Assembly (NCBI GenBank): GCA_951406725.2
Contig: OX597836.1
Coordinates: forward strand, 310,001-374,000
Direction: 5' to 3'
From: Octopus vulgaris
Taxonomy: Eukaryota
Length of the DNA: 64,000 bases
Position numbers and translations under genes: made by a program. The notes beneath the pieces are model-generated. The model was given only the letters and a program-made list of their open reading frames with translations. It was not told the origin of the DNA and did no database searches. Positions 1 through 12,780 of this stretch are shown piece by piece (within the stretch, counting starts at the first letter, position 1; each line of letters begins with the position of its first letter).

Positions 1-1714
1 GAGAGATGAGAGGAAAAAACTGACCTTGTTGGGATTTGAATTCTGAATATTAAGATCCAGAAGAATTACTGCATGACATTTTGTCTTCTACTCTAATATT
101 TCTGCCAACTTTCCCTCTGGAGTAATTTAAATTGTAAGAAATTAATGTATAATAAACAGACATATTTTACAGTTTGCATATGAAAATAGAACTAATTTGT
201 ATTTATTTGTACGTATACCGTGTTTGTCTTTGTTGTGTCTGTATACACACATCTTTTTATTGTTTTTGAGTCATTGACTGGGACACTGCCATTGAAGTGT
301 TTTGTTGAACAAATCAAAACCAGCGCTTATATTTGAAGTCTGGTATTTGTCCTGTAGGTTGTTTTTGCCAAAATTGTTAAGTAAGAGGAATATAAACAAA
401 CCAACACTGCTGGTCAAGTGATGGTGGGGGCACATACACAAAACACACACACATACACATTGTTTCCTTCTCCTAAATTTACTCACATAACAATATTTGG
501 CCCAGGGTTGTAGGAGAAGACACTTGCTCAAGGTATCGCACAATGGAATCATTTCTACATGCACATGCGTGCATGTGTGTGTTGTCTCCTGTCATGAGAT
601 AGTTGTAAAAGAGTGTCATTATTATGAACATGGTGTCCTTTGTCCCCAATTTTCTTTGAAAATATGTCTAGGACAGTCAGATGTGATCGGAACAAAGTTT
701 GGCTTAGTTGGCATATGTTCGCTATTGTTTTGGTAAATTTTCCAGCAGAGAAATTATTCCCTTTGCTTCCTCCAGTCTCTTACTTAGTTGTGTCTGTGTA
801 TATCTGAACACATGCAAAAGTAAAGAGAAATAGTTTGTTGGGGTTTTGTCCCTGGCTTTCTCTTGTTGAAATATGATCAAAGATATTCCATCCATCATTA
901 TTCAAAACATAATTAAATACTGGAAGCATTTTGTTTGATAGTCTAACAACTCAGAGGTGTATTAATTTTTTAAGATATGTACTTGAATTGATATCATTAA
1001 CTGGAAACCCTTGAAGTTGGTGTCCCACCCTGGCTGCAATTCAGTGTCTGGAACCTGTAAAACAATAAAAAAAAAAGTTAAAGTATATTGAACAGAGTAG
1101 TTCCTAATATATACTAGGGGCCTCACTAAAAAAAAAAATATGGCAATGTGTTTCCACTGGAACTTGGTTGCTATTCCTTGCAGGTCAAGCAATTGCGTAG
1201 GAAGAGATCTTTCATTAATTTGGTGTTGGCTGGTTATAAAGTGTGGAGTAGTGGCGGAAGTGTGAGAGTCAAAAGACTTCTTGACATACAAACATTTAAT
1301 AAATGCTTAATCAATACAATAATTTCAATGCATTTGTGAGTATATCATTGTTGTTGAATTCCCTCCACCTCAAGATTGAGTAGACTGAACTGTGATTAGA
1401 TCTGCTCCAGCTGTGACCATCCCGTTTTCTTGTCAGACAAAGTTGAGAGATATTAATCTGCTTCAGACTGTTTCACAAATAAAACAGTCTGAATTACCAA
1501 ATTTTTCTGCATTTATTGACTTCTGAATCTGTCGAACACCATGTCATATTTTTAGTAACATTAGACAAACTTTGATTTATTGATGTTGTTTAACCCTAGG
1601 TCAATTTCTAATCCAACAGACTCATAGTCAAAAAACATTTCAGTTGTGACCTTGTTATTGGGTTATCTGCAGTGTAATTGTAATTGATTCAACATTTTTA
1701 CAGAACAGAACAGT

Positions 1715-1779
1715 TTTGTAAAAGTGGGAGTGGCTAACAGACACCCATAATATATGTTAGCCACTCCCACTTTTACAAA
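1715..1779. repeat. Perfect 25-bp inverted repeat with a 15-nt loop
   Basis: tttgtaaaagtgggagtggctaaca (1715-1739) and tgttagccactcccacttttacaaa (1755-1779). Confidence 0.95.
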
Positions 1780-2139
1780 CTATGTTACATGATTAAATGT
1801 TGAGTTGTGTGAAAAACAAGACATTGTATCCAATGCTCTTAGTAACTCTGCCAGTTTTCTATATTTTGGGATGTATATATAATATAGAATATAATTTAAC
1901 ACTTAGAATAAAAAAAAACATCCAGTGCCAAGTGGATGGTGTCCTATCAGTTCCTTGCAGATAATTTCCCTATTAGAGGAATTAGACTCTTATGATAGCA
2001 AGTCAATCTTATGACAAAGGTGAATTCCATTATTCTTTGGGATCTCTTTGTAACTAAGTGAATTGATGAAGCTGTTACTTCAAGAAGGTTCAGTGATAAT
2101 GTAGATAAATTCGTGTTTGGTCATCAAATCTAATTGATG

Positions 2140-2330
2140 TTCTGTAGCCCTAGGCTAATTGTGAATAGATCCATGAGCAAAGGCTTTCAAGCTATGACCT
2201 CTTGTGTCTTTAGGGTATCCAGGACTACATCATCCAGTGTGCCCTACTCTTAAGATAGTAGACTGTGATTTGATGAAGATGTGGTTGTTTTTTCCAGTTT
2301 TTTTTCCTATTGATCATGTAGAAGCTCTGA
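2140..2330. repeat. Representative of an old, abundant ~200-bp interspersed repeat
   Basis: Block ccctagg...agacc.atga.caaagg...ccag..gtgacc...gactacattatc recurs at ~1585, 11215, 17555, 17930, 29080, 58210 and 58760, and inverted at ~13040, 22680, 45660 and 51470. Confidence 0.65.
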
Positions 2331-2710
2331 TTAGATATGTTGCACACATCCCTGATCAAGTAAGCTTAGCTTGACTAATAGTTCAAACATAAGCAATGGA
2401 ACCCATACAAACACACACACACACAATGTTCCTTTGAAGTTTCTTACTGTGGTCATCTCATCATTATTACAAATTGAGGAGTGTACTTTAAACACAGTTC
2501 TTCACGTGTTAAGAGATGTGGCAACCATTTGGAACATGTGAAATGATTATATTGATGTTAATTCACTGGCTTAATGTGAGGTGCTATTTGTTATAAATAG
2601 TTTGTGCAAATAAATTTAAAGATTAAGCAAATAAAGAATCCCCACCATCAAAAATCGGAATTATAATATTAACCATTTCGTAAGCTAAATCATATTTGTC
2701 TTGATTTCAG

Positions 2711-2828
2711 GTGGATTGGAGTGAAAGATGGTTCCTTGGACTTGGTACCTTCCATGTTATTTGTGCTCTCCTTACTATATTTACCAAATCACATGGGACT
2801 TCTCAAACACTGCATTTTGCTGTCATGT
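2711..2828 (+). CDS. TMEM18: TMEM18 coding exon (probably exon 2): VDWSERWFLGLGTFHVICALLTIFTKSHGTSQTLHFAVM
   Basis: Acceptor ttgatttcag ends at 2710; donor gtaagt at 2829; 118 nt, phase 0 to 1. The peptide matches the TMEM18 DW.E.WL.GL.TFH..C.LLT segment (recalled from human TMEM18). Confidence 0.93.
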
Positions 2829-3505
2829 GTAAGTATTTGTTTCTCTTATTTCATCATTTTGTCTCACCATTCTTGTTTAATTTTTCTCTGAGTTTTGCAT
2901 TAAACATACTCTGAATTTGCCATTTGCCCTGATTTCTTTTTTTTTTTTTCTTTGAATTCTTCTCTCACCTAATGCACTGTCACCTATACTTCTCGAAGAG
3001 GCCAGAAAGCTAGAATGAAATCTGCTTGACAATTTTCCCTCTTCTCTGACATCATCAACTTTTTCCCAACTTAGATTCCACTCTTTTTTTCTTATTAATA
3101 CTAAACCCCACATCATTTTCCTCTCCAAGACAATTTTCTCAACTATCTATTACTCATTTCTGTTGTCTAGGTTATACCATTTACCTAAACTTCTAAAGAT
3201 GGTGTCTGTATGTTACTGCAACCAGCTTGAGATTTTAACACTCTTGTTTTTAATGGATTTTGCAAAAGAAAATCGATTCATACCAATGAATGTAAGAAAT
3301 AAAATGAAGAAAGGCAAACATGTTATAAATGGATTTTTCACTCATTATTCATAATTTCAAGTCGGCTGCTGTGACTGAAGATGTAAATTTATGAACTTCA
3401 GATTTTAATACAGTTGTTTTTAAAGGATTTCACAATAAAAGATATATTTTTGAAAACAGATTTTGAAAATCTGTGTAAAAAGTGTCTTTTTCACTCCACC
3501 TTAAC

Positions 3506-4075
3506 GTCATCATCATCATTGTCGTTTAACGTCTTCTTTCTATGCTGGCACAGGTTGAATGGTTTGACTGAGGGCTGGCAAGCCAGAAGGCTGCACCAGG
3601 CTCCAATCTGACCTGGCAAAGTTCCTACAGTTAGATGCCCATCCTAATGCCAACCACTCCAAGAGTGTAGTGGGTGGTTTTTATGTGCCACCGGCATGAG
3701 GGCCAGTCAGGTGGCACTGGCATCGACCATGCTCGAATGGTGGTTTTTACGTGCCACTGGCACAGATGCCAATCAGGCAATACTGTCATCGGCCACAACA
3801 ATGACTTCATTTGACTCAACAGGTCTTCTCAAGTGCAATTTATTGCCCAATAATTGAAGGGGTACTCTTAAATGGGCCAGTAATGCTGCACTGGCATAGG
3901 CCACGGTTACAGTCCCATTTGGCTTGCCTGGTCTTCTCAAGCACAGCATATCTCCAAAGATCTCAGTCACTTGTCATCGCCTCCATGAGGCCCAGTGTTC
4001 GAAGTTCATGCTTCACCACCTCATCCCAGGTCTTCCTGGGTCTACCTCTTCCACAAGTTCCCCCTACTGCTAGGA
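3506..4075 (-). mobile_element. 3' end of an RTE-clade LINE ((GAT)n tail, repeat-containing 3' UTR)
   Basis: (cat)n followed by the recurrent block ...catgctggca...ggctgcaccaggctccaatctg...gatgccc.tcctaatgccaaccactcc, also found at the ends of the RT-bearing copies at 25880 and 39765. Confidence 0.8.
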
Positions 4076-4560
4076 TCTATACACACATGATGGTTGTCTA
4101 CTTGTTAGAGAGGTATGACCACAACACTGCAACAACTTTCACTAGCAATACCAAGAAACCCAGAGAAAAGCAATGTGCTCAGTAGAGCAGCTGGTTTCAT
4201 ATGAGTTAGCCTTTTCCTGGAGGGACATCTTAACAAAAACCAGGTGTCTCACATTTCTACTGGGTTTACTGTGCCCACAGACACCAACCCAAGTATTTCT
4301 ACATCTCTGTGCTTATACACACACACATACATGTTTATACATACACATATTCACACACATACATGTTTATACATACACATATTCACACACACACACACAT
4401 ATGCATGCACACACACACTCACACATATGAAACGTAGTTTCACAGGTAAATCAGTTGGTATTTTACTTCCAATGCATTCAGCCGTGTATTTGCAGCCTCA
4501 GTTTCAAACTTTGTTTTCAAACACATCTTTGACATTTTCAGAGATTAAGAAAAATTGCTA

Positions 4561-4910
4561 TTTGGCTGTTGGTCAAGTGGTCAAGAAGTTTGCTTTGCAG
4601 TCAAGTTGTTGTGGGTTCTATTTACTGCACAGTACCTTGCCCAAGTCCCTTCTGTCATAGGCTTTGAGTGGACAAATGCCCTGTCAGTGAAATTTGGTTA
4701 GCAGAGATTATGTGGAAGTCTTTGTATCCCTTTGGATTACATATTTTGTCTATCTGATGAGATTCCACATAATTTCTGTCTGCCCAGTTTTACTCACAAA
4801 GCTTAGGTCTACCTGATGTTAGAAGACATCTTATCCAAGATAATGTGCTGTGGGATCAAATCCAGAACCTCATGGCTGCCAAGTGAACTTTTCACCAATT
4901 CAGCCATTCC
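4561..4910. mobile_element. Two old tRNA-type SINE copies in tail-to-tail inverted orientation
   Basis: 4561-4720 (+) and ~4760-4910 (-) both match the SINE family seen at 35149 and 44645. Confidence 0.65.
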
Positions 4911-5329
4911 TTCACCTATCCAAATATTCATACACGATCCTTCAGCTGTTCTGCTGCTTTTGTATTTTTACTTTAAACCACTGGTTTGCTGAAGAAATCT
5001 TGATTTTACGTTCATGTAGTTTATAAATACAATGTCAATCTGCATGGTAGATTGCACTTCTCTCCAAATTATTGAATCATGTGTCAAATTTTGTAGGATT
5101 GTCTCTGCTATTTGGAATAAAGAATTATTTCTACTGACTTTATCTATTTACAACTAAGTGGCTTGGGGCATTTGAGAGATCTCTTGGCTGTGAGCATAGC
5201 CCCTTATTACTACTCAGCTGGCTAGTCGTCATTTGACCATCCAATTCTCTCCCTCTATTATTTACTCAGCCAACCATTCTTCTGTCTCTCCTTTCTACTC
5301 TCTGAAGACCTTAATATCTGATATAGGCT

Positions 5330-6554
5330 ACAAGCAGTATTTGAGGACAGTTGTCAAATTATTACTGTCTTCAAACCAATGACAAGGTTTTTCTTTCTTT
5401 CTAATACTCTACTTCTGATAAAATACTAATGTTAAAAAATGAAAAGACATGCAGTCATTGTTGTCATGTGTGTGGAATAAAACAATTTAGAAATTGCTTG
5501 CAAGATATTTTGTACATAAAGTTCAGATGGAATTGCAAACGTCTGGTGGGAATATTTCAACTGCATCAAAGAAAAACATTCTAAATGTTTGGACACTTTG
5601 CTAACACTGCAGTTCATCCAACGGGTTCAAAACATTATCGCTAATCATCTTAGAAAATCAATGAGGATCGCTGCCAATGATCTCCAGATGCTGGAGTGAA
5701 CTATCGGAACTGTAGTAGACAAGGAAATTCAATAGAAGTCTCATCTACAGAGGAGAGACCAAGTCATGTCTGCAAAGATATTGGAAAACCATTTGATTCA
5801 TGTTAAGCTGTTGCTTAATAAGGTTAAAAGCCCTCATGAACATGGCATGCATTGGTTCTTCTCTGATGAGAAATTCTTTGACCATGACCAAAAGCCTAGC
5901 AAGAGAAATGATAGCTGGTTATGTGCAGGTCCTTGGGAAGTCCCTAAAGTGATGCACACTAAGTTTCCAGCAACTGCAATGGTTTTAGGAGTGGTGAGTA
6001 ACAAAGATCATGCCATGCCACTTTACATCTTTCCACAGAATATTAATGCTGCTGGATACATTGAGGTGCGGGAGACAGTTGTTAAGCCATGGATGAATGA
6101 AATATGCCATGGAAGGCTTTATCTGTTTCAATAAGGTTCAGCACCATCTCACAAAGCTCATGTAACCCAGTGATGAATGTCACAACCTTTATGATCGTAT
6201 AACATCGAACTTGTGGCCTCCAAACTCACCAGCTTTGAATCCAATGGACCAGTATGTTTTCAGTATTGTTGAAAGAGTGACTAATCAACCTTCTCATAAT
6301 ACCATAGCTTCACTGAAGGCTGCCATTATGCAGATGATGTCTGAAACGAAAAAGGGATCCTTTAGTGCAGACATGTCAATGATTCTGGTTTCACATTGAA
6401 GCAGTCAGTTGAAGGGAGATTCATAGAATCATTTTATAAGAAAGCTTATCGGGAACATGTGCACAAGTTTTATATTAAAATACATTTGTTTTTCATTAGA
6501 TTAGAGTTGTTTTTATTAAATTTCTAAATGCCATCAGATGTCTCTTGGACCCTG
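5330..6554 (+). mobile_element. Decayed Tc1/mariner-superfamily transposon (maT/DD37D-like)
   Basis: Motifs WFFSDEKFF, TKFPATAMVLGVVS, YLFQ*GSAPSH and WPPNSPALNPMD, broken by stops and frameshifts. 3' end ...ggaccctg|TA. Left boundary approximate. Confidence 0.88.
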
Positions 6555-6674
6555 TATAATGTAAAATCATTAACAAAACAGAACTGAATTTAGCGGCGTA
6601 AATGTCTTTTAAATAGTTAATAAAATGTTATTGTGTTATAATGATTCTTTTTATTTCTTTTTTTTTTTTTCCAG

Positions 6675-6729
6675 TGTTACTGGTCTATTCAGCAAAATAC
6701 ATAAACGAGTGGGCTGCTAAAAACTACAG
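6675..6729 (+). CDS. TMEM18: TMEM18 coding exon: (L)LLVYSAKYINEWAAKNY(R)
   Basis: Poly-T/ccag acceptor and gtattt donor; 55 nt, phase 1 to 2, in frame with the neighbouring exons. Matches the TMEM18 LVY.AEYINE.AA.NWR motif. Confidence 0.95.
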
Positions 6730-7161
6730 GTATTTGCATGCATACATACATTCGTGCATATGTACATACAGTTATACATCTCATTAAGTGAATGCTAGTG
6801 TACATGATGTAATCCCAAAACTTGAAAGCCATCATTTTCTGGTTGAAAAAGTGGGGAAATAACCAAGAAATTATAATTAATTAAAATTAAATATGAAATG
6901 CTATGGTGAGAGAGTTTGATCTTTTGTAGTATGGGGACAACTAAAGACATGTTTCAGTTTTACAGGACCTCATTAGTAAAACTTCAGACCAGAGATTGTT
7001 TAGAAAAGTGTTTAGGATTTTTGTGAATGAAGTCCGTGGTGTCCAAACTCCTAGGGATTCCTGCTACATGACAACATAAATAGCAAAGTAGGTGCTAGTT
7101 TGGGCTAAGAAATTTTGACTGTTTATTGTTTGTTGACTATTGTTGTATTGTAGCTAAAAGA

Positions 7162-7388
7162 TTATCCATTCGGAATTCAGATTAATCCGTCATATGTAAT
7201 GCTTATTTATTCACATTGTTTTGCATTGATCCTGCATCACCTTGGAGCTTTGAGCTTTCAATGATTTTATTGTTTATTTTTAGAATGGCATTGTAGTGTA
7301 GGTATGAGAGGTTAGATCTGACTGGTCTGTAGGTAAAACAGGTAGAATATCTGGGCCTGATATGGTCAGTTTAAATGCCAAAGGGTTA
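7162..7388. mobile_element. Short piggyBac-type MITE relic
   Basis: Ends in ...aaatgccaaagggttag (AGGG|TTAA-like terminus); the left end is degenerate. Confidence 0.4.
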
Positions 7389-7510
7389 GGTTTCATGTTG
7401 AACAGGTGATTTTCAGATGGTGTAACAATGTCTGGTCAGTGTGAAACGTCAACCAAATAGCTCAGTGGCACAGGAGTCAACTCTAACAAACAAAAATCAT
7501 ACATTAAATG

Positions 7511-7559
<49 letters not shown>

Positions 7560-7614
7560 ACTTTCTTTTTCCTCTTTCTTGCTCATTCTTCAATCCTCAA
7601 TATTATTTTACCTG

Positions 7615-8385
7615 TCATCATCATCATACGTCTCTTGTCCATGCTGGCATGGGTTGGACGGTTTGACTAGGGCTGGCAAGCTGGAAGGCTGCACCAGTCT
7701 CCAGTCAGTTTGGACATGGTTTCTATGGCTGGATGCCCTTCCTAATGTCAACTACTCTGAGAGTGTAATGGGTGCTTTTACATGCCACCAGCACAGGTGC
7801 CATTTGTGTGAAACTGGTATCTGCCACAAATGTGGTTTTACTTAGCTTGATGGGTCCTCTTAAGCACGGTATAATGCCAGATGATCTTGGTCCTTGCCCC
7901 CATGAGGCCCGGTGTTCAAAAAGTGCTTTTACATGCCACCAGCACAGGTCCCATTTTCATGACACCAGTAACTTACACAACTGCGATTTTACTTGACTTG
8001 ATGGGTCTTCTTCTCAAGCACAACATAATGCCAAAGGTCTCAGACATTGCCTCTGTGAAGCCCAACATTTGAAAGGAGCTCGACCAGCTTGCCTTCATGA
8101 GGCTCAACACTTGAAAGCTGCTTTTTATGTGCCACCTGCATGGGTGCCAATTACGTGACACCAGCATCAGCCATGTCTGGGATTTCACTTGGCTTGACAG
8201 GCCTTCTCAAGCACAGCATGTCGCCAACGGTCTCAGTCACTAGTCATTGCCTTTGTGAGGTCCAAAGTTCAGAGATCATGCTTCACCACCCCATCCTATG
8301 TCTCGGGGCTACCTCTACAACAGGTTCCCTCCACAGTTAGGGATTGGCACTTCTTTACACAGGTGTACTCGTCCATACTAAGTAA
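7615..8385 (-). mobile_element. 3' end of an RTE LINE with an expanded repeat-containing 3' UTR
   Basis: Same block as 3506, with several gtgcttttacatgccaccagcac repeats. Confidence 0.8.
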
Positions 8386-8989
8386 CATCTCACCTTTTGG
8401 TACATGAAGTAGAATTGTGTGCAATTTTTGATGGCAGGAAGATAGGGTGGGATGAAGGTATGCAAGTCTTCTGGTAGAGAAGCAAGACAGAGCTCTGTAG
8501 GGGTTTTCGGTATTGAGAATAGATTTCCAGTATAGGTGGTGGAAGCAGGGATGGGTGGGCACATCGGGGACAGCAGTAGCCAGTTTAAAACAAAAGTGCC
8601 TACAAATGGAAGAAACATAAGCAAAACAAGAGTGCTTATGAATTTTAAAGAACAGTGACAAAAAACCTTATGAAACTGGGAGAGAAAACTAGGGTTTTAG
8701 GGAATTACAATTTGAAAATTACTTGAAGAATTAATTTAAATAATTACAGGTTACAAAAGTACAGGTTAGTAATATGGGTTAGATGAATGAATAAATGAAG
8801 GGATTAAAAACAAGAGAAACAGTTTGTCAGTATATGAGCTACTAGTTTTGTCAGTTCTTAGAGAAGAAAGAATTGGTCGGTCCTTAGAATTGATCACTTG
8901 ATGATGAGTTTGTTGAATTAGTCAACTTGTGATAGCTTGCAGCATTGTTTGAGCAACAATGGCCTGTAGAAGCGGTTACTCTGTGACAG

Positions 8990-9770
8990 TCTGTTGAATA
9001 GGTTGGCTCATCCATCCATCTTCCCCAACTATTCCTGAGAGAGTCATTGTGGTAGAATCCTCACGCACCTCTTCCATGAGTTCATATCAGAAGCAACTAC
9101 ACTTCCCTATTCAATTCCTAAGTGTAACCAACTGAAACTATGGATGTTATCCAACGATTTCATTTCTAGTCTACTTCTCATTCTTGTTGGTTTGGCCTGA
9201 AGAATCTGCCTTGCGATTCTTTCGTACAACATTCTAATCACATGTCTGTAGTATCAGAGCTCTGGCTTCTCTATGCAAAGAAGTAGTAACTTGACCTGAA
9301 GAGACTCCCTGCTTTCTGAACTATGAACCCCATTGAGTAAGGTTTCTGCAGAGATCCTTCAAAGAAACCTCATTTTGGTCACTCATATTCACAATCGCAT
9401 TCTTTTCATCATTGCCCAACATCCACGGCCATAGGCAAGGACAAGTACAAAAGCTAAAGGGAAGATAACAAGTTGGGTTTTTTTCCCCAACCTTTTCTCT
9501 TCTGAAAATCACATGCTGCAGCTGGTGCCCTATTGTACCAACACCTGCAGTTCTAGCATCCAATTTAACAGTCTGCTTCCATCTTACTTGAATTTGGTCC
9601 TGAGATACTTAAACTTCTCCACTTGTCTCAGCGATGTTCTTCTAACATGCAGACTACACTGCGAAGACTTTCTTGAGAAGACCAAGGTCTCAGTCTTTGC
9701 AAGACCAATTCTCATCTCTGCCTTGCAACACTTGGTAAAGAACCCATTGCATGTCAATCAGTTCATAAGA
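8990..9770 (-). mobile_element. Decayed RTE-clade LINE, RT C-terminal part
   Basis: Minus-strand translation RIGLAKTETLVFSRKSSQCSLHVRRTSLRQVEKFKYLRT is typical of the RTE region downstream of YADD. Confidence 0.7.
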
Positions 9771-10022
9771 GCTATTTAAAGGTGGGGGTGATAACCCCTC
9801 TAGTTGAAATAGTTGTCTCACAATGGCATGTAGAATTGGGTGGTCAGTGATGACCTTTAAAAGCAGTCAGTGATAGCTTTTAGAACTGATGGTCCATTTA
9901 TGGGCTATTGGTCTGTCTGGGGCTGTATTAGAAGACACTTGTTGAAGGTGTGGCTCAGTGAGATTGAACCTAAGACCATGTGAATGCAAAGCAAGCTTCT
10001 AAACCACTCAGTCATTCTTGCT

Positions 10023-10059
<37 letters not shown>

Positions 10060-11715
10060 GCACACACACACGCGCACACACACACACACACACGCACACA
10101 TTATCATTGGTATCTCCCTGTATTGAAAATTTGATGACATTAGGTTTATCTGTGTTCTAAGATGGTTGTACAGGCCTGTTTTTAACCTAAATGAATGCTG
10201 ACACTAAGAACAGGAGAAGTGGAGCACAGCTGGTTCCGAAGTCCTCCGTTGCCGACCTCCTTTCATGTCTGCTTCTGTCAGCCTCTTCTTTACTGTTGCT
10301 TTCAAAGAAGTTGCATCCAACGTCATGCACACACACACACATGCACGCGTGCACACACATGTTGCTAAGAAATTAATGACTGTTAATAGTTGCATTAATA
10401 GAAAATAACTGAATCAGATCTTACTTGTAGTTGTAATCATCTTGATTTAATCTGTCACTAATTGGATGGTAGCTGTAGTAATCTAATTGGTTGTTAGTAG
10501 TAGCAGTGACATTATAGTTAAATAATGTTAGATGAGATGTTGCCATATAAATCTGTAACCCAATTAATGACTGATCTGATAAAATAGTAAAATAAAGCTG
10601 ATTCAGTGGAAGCTGCTTATTATAATCACAGAAATTTTACACCAACCAGTTATTGTTATTAAAATGATTGGTTCCAAAACTATTTATTTGCTTATTATCA
10701 GCTGGTTATTGTTATCAGTTACTTATTATGCACAGTTGACCACAGTGGAATTTGAACTCATTTACGTTCTAAGTTCAAATTCTTCTGAGGTCGACTGTGC
10801 CTTTTCAGGGTCAATAGGATAAGTACCAGTTGTGTACTAGGGTGAGTGTCATCAACTAACCCTCTTTCCCAAAATTTCAGACCTTGTGCCTATTGTAGAA
10901 AGAATTAATATTATGATGGTTGATCGTCATCAGCATCACCATCAAAATGGTTTCGTCCCAGAAAGATGACAATAACCGGCTTCAACTGTATAAGTTATTT
11001 TGAATGAATGAATGTCAAGAAAAGCTTTCTGAATTAAATGTTGGCGAAGAGATTGTTCAGTTGAAGGGAGGTAACTGCGACAAAGCGGTTCCTCTGGTGA
11101 CAAACTGCAGTTTTGATTTTGTTGTTCTGCTCAGACCCACCGTATCTTTTCCCCACACACTTAGCGTATCCTTGACTAAGATCCCTAATTTGTTCTTTCT
11201 TTCCATTGTTATTCAGTCAGGGCAGCCTTGATTCAGCAGACCCATGATCCAAGTTATTCTAGTAATCATTACCCTGTCTCTTATTCAAACATTTTCTATC
11301 TAAGACTACATTTATATATAAGTGTTGTTGTTATAGGTGCTGTTGTTGTTTCACTAAGACAGTGCTGATTCTGTTAATGTATGGAAAAGATGTTCAGCAG
11401 TGAACAGTCATACTCAATTCGGGCACTATCTTTCCTTCTTTTTAACACCCTTCTTGTAAAGCTTGTAGAGGAATCTAAATGTTGTGCAGGAGTATTGCTA
11501 TTGATAGAAGTTTCATTGCCATCATCATCATCATCATCATCATCTAACAGACATCAAGGGATGATGATGTATTTTATTGTTCCTGAAGAAATGAACGGTG
11601 AAATCAACCTTTGCAGTAGTTCAATTTGTTATTTACCAAACTAAATATTATAGAAGCAAAATCCTATTGTTTCTGCTCACTAAAGTTGATGCAGTTATTG
11701 CTCATATTGTAGTAG

Positions 11716-11755
<40 letters not shown>

Positions 11756-11759
11756 TCTA

Positions 11760-12780
11760 ATTTTGGTACAAATGTACAATTAATGGTGTTAATGTGGCTG
11801 GAACCAAAGGTGAAAGTCTTTCGCCCAGCAGGTGCCCTATAGTTGAGCAGTATAGGCCTGGTTGTCATCCAGAGACTGCTTGTAAACAAAGCCAGAGGCA
11901 GAGAAGAAGGTGGGAATAAGGAGGCAAACTGGACAATAATTGAATGCTGGATCAGTGGTGAACCCAACAACGAATGAAAGCAAAATGGAATGAAATACGA
12001 CTCTTCGGAATAAGAGAGCAATGGTTAGCCGACCAGGCAAGAGCAATGAGAACAAAAGGGTAGTTAACAGACATGGGAATAAAAGAGATAAAAAGGAAAG
12101 TAGAAAATAAAAATAAAGCTTCACCAACAGATAACGTGCCTTGTGAGAAGAGAAAAATGAAAAGTGGCAGTGAAGAAGTAGAGCAAAGTGTAAACGTAAA
12201 TGCATTCTCAGCCAATGAAGCAGAAGTAGTAGGAAGAGCTACAGCACAAGAATAAGATGATGATCAACAAGATATAATGAGGATGCTGTGCCGATATATT
12301 AGAGATGACCAGGATTAAGTACCCTTCAACCTGAGGTACACTGACCGATGCAAGCTCATGGTTGAAGCTGAAAATATAGATTCGGTTCTTGGGCTATTTC
12401 AGATGAGAGATATAACTGAAACTAACAAGATTATTTGGGCTGCAGCAGACAGAGTTGGATAGAAAAGAAAAGAAGAAACAGAATGGAGAGAACCGAACTG
12501 GCAGAGAGGAATTTGTGAGAAACGAGGTTGAAAAGACATTTAGGACAAGTTGATAGATTGAGAAGAGGGGTGGGGAATTGCAGAACGAAAGCATAAGAAT
12601 AATGCTGGAAAGAACCTAGAGAATAAGAGATAAAGGTTATGATGTGATATTGGAAGAATTGAAGGAAAGTGTAGAGGCAATCAAACCAAAACTGGAAAGA
12701 TATGAGAATAGGAAAAGACAGTTCAGGCAAAACAGATTGTTTGAAGCAAATCAGAAGAAACTGTTTCAGGGACCAGATGG
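11760..12780 (+). mobile_element. Decayed 5' part of an R4/Dong-like non-LTR retrotransposon next to (TAA)n
   Basis: Peptides EQWLADQARAMRTKG and AIKPKLERYENRKRQFRQNRLFEANQKKLF; starts immediately after the (TAA)n tract at 11717-11755. Confidence 0.7.

Noticed and set aside
1-2710. TMEM18 first exon
   Set aside because: No convincing ATG plus phase-0 donor and no CpG-rich promoter; it probably lies upstream of the window.
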